From: the human T2T-CHM13v2.0 reference genome, Homo sapiens
DNA length: 64,000 nt
Strand: one strand, 5' to 3'
NCBI RefSeq assembly: GCF_009914755.1
Contig: NC_060939.1
Each line of letters begins with the position of its first letter. Position 1 is the first letter of the stretch. The translations under genes and the position numbers were made by a program. The notes under the pieces are model-generated. The model searched no databases. It was not told the DNA's origin and worked only from the letters and a program-made list of their open reading frames with translations. Below, piece after piece: positions 54,430 through 64,000 of this stretch.

Positions 54430-55146
54430 CATTGTTGGTACCTCCCAACAAAGTGTGCATTTCTCCCCTCCTCCCTGCAGAACCTCAGCTGTGTTTAGCT
54501 GTCCATCTCTTCCTTTAGCAGCCGGTGTGATTCAAGAGATATAAACTCACTCAGCTCCAGCAGTGGGTTCTGAGCCAGAGAGTCTCAAACTTGAGCAGGC
54601 ATCAGAACCACCAGAAGTTTCTCATTCTTAGTGTTTCTGATTCAGCAGGTCTGGGGTGGGGACCTGAGAATTTTCATTTCAAAATGGGGCTGTTGCTGCT
54701 GGTCTACAGACTCCATTTTGAGAGCCCCTGGTTCAAGCCAAATGCAGAAATCCCCTCCTTTTGTCCAATGACGGCTTCAGAGATAAGATGCCGACACCGT
54801 CTGAGACATGGTGAGATGTTTGATGGGAGTTTTTTGGAAGAAAACTTTCTTCTCTTAAAAGAGAGCCACAAGACAAGCTAGACTTCCTCTCCCTCATTCT
54901 ACTTCCCCCAAACATGAGCAAGGGGGAATGGAGCCCTGACTGTTACTGGCAGGCAGCCACAAGAAGAATCAGCCTTAAGATGTCACCAATGCTCCAAAAG
55001 ATGAAGCAGAAAGATGGAAAGATCTGAGTCCTTTGTCTGAGGCCCCTGACCGCTAGAGTTCCTTTTAAATGAGACGACACACTTGGTTATCGGTTAAACC
55101 CCTCCGTGTTGCCTTCTGTTACCTACAGACAAATGCATCCTGACAC
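54430..55146 (+). mobile_element. Ancient MLT1-type LTR with a MER5A inserted at ~54575-54730
   Basis: tgattcagcaggtctggggtggggacctgagaattttcatttc (MER5A); ttctgttacctacagacaaatgcatcctgacaca LTR end. Confidence 0.65.
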
Positions 55147-57719
55147 AAGCATAATAAACATTGTTTTTAAATATTTAAAGCTAAAACAATTTTTTCCTAA
55201 ATAGCACAATGCCATACACTTAAGACTGATAACAGACTGGGGGAAATATTTGCAGCTTGAATCTCATGAGTCTCATCCGTCTCATGTGCCGAGTTGAATA
55301 GCCCAATCCAGTGGGCCTTCTTGCTTCTTTAAATCTGGTGCCACACAGAGGTAGATACTAAAGAAATACAGTTATGAATCAAAGTTCAGAAAAAACAACT
55401 GTATTTAATAAACAGTTTCTAAGGGGCAAAGGGATGGGTCAGAGTCTGCAAATGGAAGATTACATTATCCAGAAAACAAAAATTCCTTAGGGAAAAAAAA
55501 AATGTTTCATCCATCCATCTTCCCCCCATCCCACAGAGTGGAGCAGCTGCTCTCAACCTTCTGTCTTTACATCTGTCCTCCAAAACATGGTCAAGTGGTC
55601 AAGTTCTTCTCTTATGATTCCTGCTCTCTGAGTAAGTTGCTGTTACATAAGCCTCCCATTTCTCTAGGCTGCTACCAATACTGCCTCTTCCAGATCTCTC
55701 TGGAGGGGCATAGTTGAGATGGGGGTGGGGGTGGTGGTGAGAGGAAAGCAGCGAAATTTCATATTGATGAAATATGCATTAACTTAGAGATGAAAAAGCG
55801 AAGACAGAGTTTAAGTAACTCAGTCCAAAAGCACATCTGGAAAACCCAAGCTTTCCACCACTACACTAATCTGCCACCAACAAAGGATTGAGGTCCCTAA
55901 CGTAAAAATAGCTTGCACAAATCAAAGGAGAAGGAAAAACCACCCTAATGGAAAAATTTGCAAAGAACATGCAAAAGGAAATTAAAGAAGAAAAACAAAT
56001 TTAAAGAGATGTTCAACCTCACTAGTAATAAAACGAATGGAAATTAAAACAATATTTCAGCTAGCAGATGAGCAAAGATTTTTTTAAAAAACATTAATTA
56101 TAAGCAGTGTTGGCTGGGTATGGAGGAAGAGGAACTCCCACACTGCACTGATCAGAGAATAACTGAAGAAAAATTAGATAATACCTCTCCAAATTTAAAA
56201 TTAGCTTACATTTGACCCTGCAATTCTCCTTCTAGTAATTCATCCTAACGAGTTTATCAGAGAAGCAGGAAAAAAATATGTACAAGAATGTTTACAAAGC
56301 AGCATGTTTTAACAGTAAAACGTGGAAACAACTTAATGATCACCCATAGGGAATTAAACAAATATATGAGGGAGAGAGAGAGGAAGAAATACTATGGACT
56401 TCCCAATACAGAACCTCACAACCGACTACCTTGCCTACCCAGCCACAGGCAACATCGAACAAACACAGGCTCCCTCAACAGTGCCACGGCCTGTTCTTGA
56501 AAAACTCACAGCAGGGAACCCCAAAGCAGACTGCAGATCCCAGGGAGGAGGAGCTGCAGAGCTTCACAGGCCCACCTTCTTCTCCAAACCCCTCTAGTTC
56601 AGAGGATTAAGTGAGGCATTAGAGAAAAGCTGGAGTGTAACTTTAATGGAGGTCCCACCCCTTGGAAACATGAAGAGAGGAGAGAGAAGGTTCCCCTAAT
56701 TCCAACCCTTCCATAGATATATATTCACAGAAGAAATTTTGGAGTGATGGATATCTGTGCTGGCCAGTTTATCTACCTAGCCTGAGTGTATATAGGTTGG
56801 GACACTTTGTAGATATTTACCCAGTGAGAAAGCCACCAGAACCCTCACACTCACTTACCACTGGGGAGTGCAGGATGACTGTCAGCAGGTCCAAAGTGAG
56901 ACGATAGTTGGAAGGGGCAAGGTGAGCCCGGGGAAGGCCAACATTGCAGGAAGGAAGGCCTAATCCAGGGACCAGAAGGAAAATGTGACCAAAGGCTCAA
57001 GATCTGCAACAATAACCTAGATGGAGCCTAGCCAGCGCAGGTAGGGGAAGAACTAAATCCCACCTTCGGCAAAAGTAAGTAGCAGATGCCAGTAGGGTGC
57101 CCATGGAGCAGGCAGGACAAAGACTTTCGGCAGGAAAGTCAACAAGAATCCAGGGGCAAAAGCGCCCCTCCATTAACCAGGCACTTTGCCATGAAATCAC
57201 ATAGCTTCTTCACTATACCCAAACACCATCTTTCAAAATTGAAGAGAGTAGAGAAAACATTTGAGAGAAGAAAAACTGGCCCAGTAGATGTTTGAACATT
57301 GAATTTGAATGGATATTTATAGATGAGAGTTAGAACTAACTTATAAGAACTCTTACAAGATTACTAGAGACTGTGCAAGAGATTTTTTTTTTATGATATC
57401 CAGTGTTGGCTAGGGTATGAGGGAAAAAGAACTCTCACACTCTGCTAGTGAGAGAGTACCTGAATAAAAATTAGGTAATACCTCTCCAAATTTTAAATCA
57501 GCATGCATTTCCTCCTGTGATTTTGCTTCCAGTAATTTATCCTAATGAATTCATCAGGCAGCAAGAAGAAAGAAGCCAAGAATGCTTACAGAGCATCGTT
57601 ATAGTGAAAGAGCCCCCAATCTCTGTCAGTACCGGCAAGAACTGACACTCCGGATGTTTGTTCACGTCAGAGTTGGAGTGTGTTCATTTCTGCCATATTT
57701 CTAACAGTACACTAATAGT

Positions 57720-58160
57720 ATAATAGATATACTATATATCATAATATAGTATTAACACTAATTATAATATAGTTTTTATATTGTAATATATTAAATATAA
57801 TAATGAGAAACTTATACATTATACTATATTATATATTATGCATATATGGTTATATGTTGTATATTGATATATTACGATACTAATATGAATGTTAAATATA
57901 ATATATAATATATTAATATATTCTGTATTAATATAATATTGTCATATAATATATTCATATTTATAATAATATAATTATGTTGACATTAATAATCTATAAT
58001 ATATATTATATGTAGTATGTATATTCTATATATGATACATTATATGTATTAAATATATGCAATATATTATATAGTGTATATTCTATATTATTAGTGTACT
58101 ATTAGAAATATGGCAGAAATTAACATATACATTTATATATGTATTTATTATGTGTATATA
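57720..58160. repeat. AT-rich low-complexity, degenerate (TA)n-type region
   Basis: About 440 bp of almost only A/T (tatataatata...). Confidence 0.95.
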
Positions 58161-58578
58161 TAGTTTTGTTTTTTAAAGGAGATGAATTAAATGCTTTGCT
58201 AGCTGACCTCTACAGGCATACTGCCAAAAGCACAAGGAACATTTCCAGAATGAGAAAACGTTGTCTGAATCTTAATGCAGAAAGAGATGTGTAAAGCCTT
58301 AGAGTCAACTCACACCATGTCTTCAGGTAAACCTGTAAGGATTTTGTTCCTGTTCCTTTGTCCTTGCTTTTTACATTCATTATCTTAATGACATGTTTAT
58401 TTAAGATAGTGTTTTGTAGTAGACAGTGTTAGTTGCCTGCCCAACCCGATTTCCTTCCCATATTTCCTAATAGCAAAGCGAAGTTGAGGGCCCCTTTGAA
58501 ATGAGAAGTGTGACAGGAGACCCCCAACAAAAAGCTGGGACACTAAACGCTACACCCGCCACATAAAAGTCATCTAGA

Positions 58579-58912
<334 letters not shown>

Positions 58913-59329
58913 TCAAAGAAAATTGTCTGTGTCAAACCTTTCTGGTGAGTAGAGGAGAAAAAAATCTCCCTCGAGAGTGTGTAATCTCGAGTCATACTCA
59001 TGCAGGCATAGACTGAATTCAAACTACCTGGTTGATTTTTAAAAACCTCCAGGTGACAGTTTCAAATACTCTTGGGTTGGTAGTTCCCCCAGACACCTGA
59101 CAACAAACAATGGCTTCCCTATCTGAAGGAAGTCATCTTCAACACAGCCCTCAAAACATTTCTTCAGATAAAGTTGCATGAAATACGAGCTCACAATCAA
59201 CAGGAAGTCATGAACCAAAGCCAGACAAAAAATAGACAGCAGAATGAAATCTGCGAACATGGGAGCTACTGAGTTATCAGACACAGAATATAAAGTAGGT
59301 TTGATATGTTCTTTTGAAAGTAAAGGAGG

Positions 59330-59800
59330 CTTAAATGTATATTACTAAGTGAAAGAAGCCAAAGTAAAAAGGCTACATACGGTATGATTCCAACTGTATG
59401 ATATTCTGGAGAAGGCAAAAATATAGAGAGAGTAACATGATTAGTTGTTGCCAGGGGTTAGAGGAGGGAGGGATGAATAGGCAGACCACAGAGGATCTTT
59501 AGGGCAGTGAAACTATTTTATGTGGTATTGTAATAGTAGAAACATGTTATTATATGCTTTTCAAAACCCATACAATGTACAACACTGAAAGTGAACTCTT
59601 GTAAACTATGGGCTTTGGCTGATAATGATGTGCCAATGTAGGTTTGTTGATTGTAACAACTGTACTACTCTGGTGTAGGATGTTGATGATGGAGAGGCTG
59701 TGCATGTGTGAGGGCAAGGGGAATATGGGAACTCTGTACAATTTTGCTGTGAACCTAAAACTGCTCTAAAAACTAAAGTCTATTAAAAATAAATGAATAA
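59330..59800 (+). mobile_element. L1MC 3'UTR fragment
   Basis: ctaagtgaaagaagcca...ggctacatacggtatgattccaact...gtgaacctaaaactgctctaaaaactaaagtc. Confidence 0.85.
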
Positions 59801-59929
59801 AATCTAAAGGGAAAAAAGTAAAGGAGAGATAAGTAAGAAGCAAGTGTATCTAAAAATAATTAAGCAGATTAAAAAAAGCATAAATAGAACTTCTAGAAAT
59901 GGAAAATATAATAATTGAATTGAAAATAC

Positions 59930-62900
59930 ATGTCACAAACACTACACACCCATTACAATGGCTAGACTTTAAACAATTGACATTATCAAGTGCTGAAAAG
60001 GATATGGAGCAACTGGAACTCTCACGCACTGCTAGTGGGAATGCAAAATGGTATGGCAACTTTGGAGAAAGCTCTGGCAGTGTTGTATAAAGTTAAACAT
60101 ACATTTGCTTGCAATCCAGAAGTCCTACTCCTGGATATTTATTTAAAAGAAATAAAACACATGTCAACATAAAAACCTTTAAAAAATAAAGGGTCTTTTC
60201 CTAACAGACAGTAAGACAGTACACAAAGCCATATTAACATATTAATAGAAACATTTTTATTGTGGAGAAAGAATATATAAACAGACCAATGGAAGAAGAT
60301 AGAGAGTAAAACCTACAGGTTTGAGCCAAACCTATGTATACATGCATGTGCACGTGTGTGTATCGAAATTGAATATGTGACAAAGGTGATACCATGAATC
60401 AATTGAGAAAGAATAGGTCATTAGAACTGAATTTAAACCTATAACTGCAATCAAAGGTGGACTTCTAATGAATTAAAGGCCTAAATATGACAGGTAATAC
60501 AAATATAAAATTAATTTCACAAAATTCAGAACATTTTTGTGATCATATTAGAGGCAAGGAAGGATTTTTTAAACATTTTCAAAAATATAAATTATAAGGC
60601 AAAAAGCATTAAATTAATTACATCAAAAGGAAAGATGTCTGTTTAATGTAGGACAATAGATTAGAAGATCTTTGCAATGACTAAAATCAACAAGGAAATA
60701 ATATCTAGACTATACAATTACTGCAAATCACGAAGAAAAACAGAAACCCAAAAGTGAGCAAAAATATTTTAAAACATTTTACAAGAGAAAAAACTATTAA
60801 GTATATGAAGAGATGCTCAAACTTATTAGGAATCAAAATCAAATTAAAATAACAGTGAGATATCCCTTTACACCTATTAGATTGGCAAAAAATAGGAATG
60901 CCTCTAGGGTCAAGTGTTGGAGAAGTGGAGACACAGAAACCCCATATACTGCTGGTGAGAACTGTTCAGAAGTACCTTTGGGATTACTTCATCAAATTAG
61001 GAATATGTATTCCTCATGAGCCTACAATTCCATTCCCAGGGATAGATCCCAAGTATACTCTTATGAAGGTCTGTAAGGAATATACACAGAGATGTTTATT
61101 GTAGTTCTACTTGTGTGTCAAAGAGGTTTTCTGAGTGATCATTACTGACAGAGTAATATAATTTATAACAGTACATAATTTTAACAACAAATATCAATAT
61201 AGAGTATCTAAGAATAAATGTAATAAAAATTGTACAAGACCTATATTGAAAGTTATTAAAGAATAAATAGAGAGCCATACCGTATTAATGGATTGAGAGG
61301 ATTAACGTCATATAATGGTCAGTTATCCCCAAACTAACCTTCAGAATAAATAAAATTCTAAATAAATTTCAAAGTTTTTATTTTAATAGACCTTGCTGAT
61401 TCCAGTATGTATATTTGGAAGAACAAAGGGCCAAAAATAACTAAGACATTAGAATGAATTTGAATAATTTATCTCAGCAGGTGCCAATGAAGTCAGTATG
61501 GTATTAGCACAAAATGAGCAAATGGACCAGTGAAATAGAATAGCCATCAATAAACTTTCTTACATACAAGAAATTGGTTTATTACAGACCTAACATTTCA
61601 GTAGCAAAGAAGAACTAATCAATAAGTGGTGCTAGAGTAATTGGTTATTTATATAGAAACAAACAAAATTGGCCCCTTACCTTATATAATGCAGAAAAAT
61701 TAATTCCAGAGAGATTAAACACAAGTGTGAAGAACAAAATTTTAATTTAAGAACAAAATACAGAGAAAGAAATTTAAGACTTTGAGGATAAGGATTTATT
61801 TCTTAAACAAGACCTAGAAAGCATAAACCACATAGAAAAAGATGAATACTACTACTATATTAAAAGTATTCAAAAGGCATCAAAATGAAAGTGAAAAGTA
61901 AAGACAGAAAGTAATATCATATATATGTAATCAGTAAGAAAAAGACAATCTAAGAAAAAGATAAGGAAAACCGATAAGCTCCTTATAAAAGAGGAAACCT
62001 GAATGCAATCAACATATGAAAAGATATTTGATCTCTTTAGGAAAAAGGGAAATTCAAAGTAAAATTACAGTGAGAAAGTCATGAAAGTCACCAGATTGGC
62101 ATAAATTAGAAAGCCCACCATTTGTCAAGAGTGAGGAGGAACTAACTGAACACTTACACTGCACTGATCAGGGTGTGAATTGGTCAATCACTTTGGAAAA
62201 CAACATGGCAGCAATTCCACTCCTAGGTATATACCTCTGTGCTGTTTCCTCCCAACTGGGTGTACTGCAATACACTTCTGACACTAACCACCCAGTCTGT
62301 GAAAACCCCACAGGCCAAGGGCAAAGTTCTCCACTGGACTACCCTCCATTCAGATGCCACATACACTTCTGATCAAGTGATTATAAATTGGGGAATTCCC
62401 AGTGGCCCCCCTCAGGTTCAATAATTTGTGATAATAACTTACAGAACTCACTAAAAGCATTATACTTACAATTATAGTTTTATTTATAATAAAATAAATA
62501 TGCATAGAGTGGGTCTCGGACCCTGACCCAAACTCAGAGATCTTATGCCCTCTCCTTGTGAGTCAGGGCACATCACCCTTCCAGCACACCAACCAGGAAA
62601 CTCCACTGACCTTTGTCCTGAGTTCTTATTAAGGTTTCATTACACAGGCAAGTTTGATTGAATCATTGGCAAGGTGACTGAACTTGGTCTCTAGCCCCCT
62701 ACCTCTCCCAAGAGCTCAGGCAGCTGAAAGTACCAACCCTCTAATGCTCAATCTTTTTGACGACCAGCTCCATCCTGAAGCTGTGTAGGAATCCACTGTG
62801 AGTCACCCCATTATCATAACAAAGACACTCCTATGGCTCAGGAATTTCCAAGGGTTTTGAAGCTCTGTGCTGGTAACCGGGAACAAAGACCAGACAAATT

Positions 62901-63050
62901 CTTTACTATATAATAGCCCTAGAGAAACTCTGCATATGTACCTCAGGAGACATGTATAAGAGCACTACGTGTAATAAACAAAAAAGGAAACAGCCTACAT
63001 GTTCTTGGGTGTATTGCAATAAATTCCTACAGTGTGATACTGTATATACA
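59930..63050 (+). mobile_element. Cluster of diverged L1M ORF2 fragments
   Basis: Repeated ORF2-end motifs (aagagatgctcaa, gcaattccactcctaggtatatacc, aataagtggtgctag). Confidence 0.7.
62238..62910. mobile_element. MER21-family LTR inserted in L1M
   Basis: ttctgacactaaccaccc...ccctcaggttcaataatttg...acagaactcac...gattgaatcattggc...aacaaagaccag; L1 resumes at ccctagagaaactc. Confidence 0.75.
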
Positions 63051-63733
63051 GTGGTGATAGTGGTGGTGGAGTTACTGATTGGAAAAGGAAGAGTAAGAGC
63101 CACGTACCCCTCCCGCCTTCCATAGTGGTGGATCAGAAGACTCTCCCTTGAGATTAGAGGTGACTCCAAATGTAGGGAACTTGTGTGTTCACCTTGATTT
63201 AAGATTTTTTAATGCAGAAGTCTCACCTAAGTGCCTCCCTCACCAGTAAGTATGAGAGGGTTGACTACTCTGCCCTATCACATCAATAACCATTAGCTTC
63301 CTGAGGTCCAAGGGCCATAAAAAACGACTCAGTTTCTCTTGATCACCCCAAGAGGTCAACGATTATCTAAGGCACAAGAGTAAGCTAGCAGTGCCACACA
63401 TAACACTGGTGGAGGCCAAAAGTGGCCAGCGAGGCACCTCTGAGAGGCATCGGCAATAGGAACTCAACATGCAGCCAAAATGGCAAAGGAAATCTGCATG
63501 TGTCACCTAGCAGAGACCACTGCACAGGCACAGACACCATTCCCAGGTCCATTTAAATCAAGAAGGCTGGCACCTCCGCTCCTGAGACCAGCACCAGGAC
63601 ACGCAGTACTCAGCCAGCAGAGAAACTCCTTAAACAGACACGCAGCTCACCTGCACCCAGATGCAACCTGATGGAGAGAGTGTCAAGGTGAGAGATAATT
63701 AACTGACATTTCCTCCAAAAAGATAAAAGTTAA

Positions 63734-64000
63734 TGTCAGGCCTCTGAGCCCAAGCTAAGCCATCATATCCCCTGTGACCTGCACGTACACATCCAGATGG
63801 CCAGTTCCTGCCTTAACTGATGACATTCCACCACAAAAGAAGTGAAAATGGTCTGTTCCTGCCTTAACTGATGACGTTCCACCACAAAAGAAGTGAAAAT
63901 GGCCTGTTCCTGGCTTAATTGATGACATTATCTTTTGAAATTCCTTCTCCAGGCTCATCCTGGCTCAAAAGCTCCCCTACTGAGCACCTTGTGACCCCCA
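63734..64000 (+). mobile_element. LTR7 (HERV-H LTR), U3 portion, cut by the window end
   Basis: tgtcaggcctctgagcccaagctaagccatcatatcccctgtgacctgcacgtacacatccagatggcc...caaaagctcccctactgagcaccttgtgacccc. Confidence 0.95.

Noticed and set aside
63798-63930. 51-bp repeats as a CRISPR-like array
   Set aside because: Head-to-tail units with no spacers; part of the LTR7 U3 region

Overview
This is primate (most likely human) genomic DNA, recognised from memory as the ST8SIA2 / C15orf32 locus (chr15q26.1); it is not prokaryotic. Bases 1-16525 are the last intron of ST8SIA2 (polysialyltransferase STX). Its terminal coding exon (16526-16811, sialylmotifs S, III and VS) is followed by a ~4.3 kb 3'UTR that most likely ends at an AATAAA supplied by an L2 tail. 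Downstream on the same strand is a three-exon, 178-codon ORF (24577-24950, 25381-25500, 52783-52825) matching C15orf32, and its first exon overlaps L2 and MIR remnants. The rest is largely repeats: L1, L2, L3/CR1, MIR, Alu, MaLR, MER21, hAT MERs and an LTR7 cut by the window end. Most six-frame ORFs are spurious or L1/Alu-derived. I found no convincing new multi-gene system. The best second-look items are the TE-derived C15orf32 start, the L2-derived ST8SIA2 poly(A) signal, a tailless U2 retrocopy, a probable U6-L1 chimera, a twin-primed L1PA, several short local duplications, a ~445 bp AT-rich quasi-palindrome and homeodomain-site clusters. Gene names and repeat subfamilies are by eye and from recall, and old-repeat boundaries are approximate.
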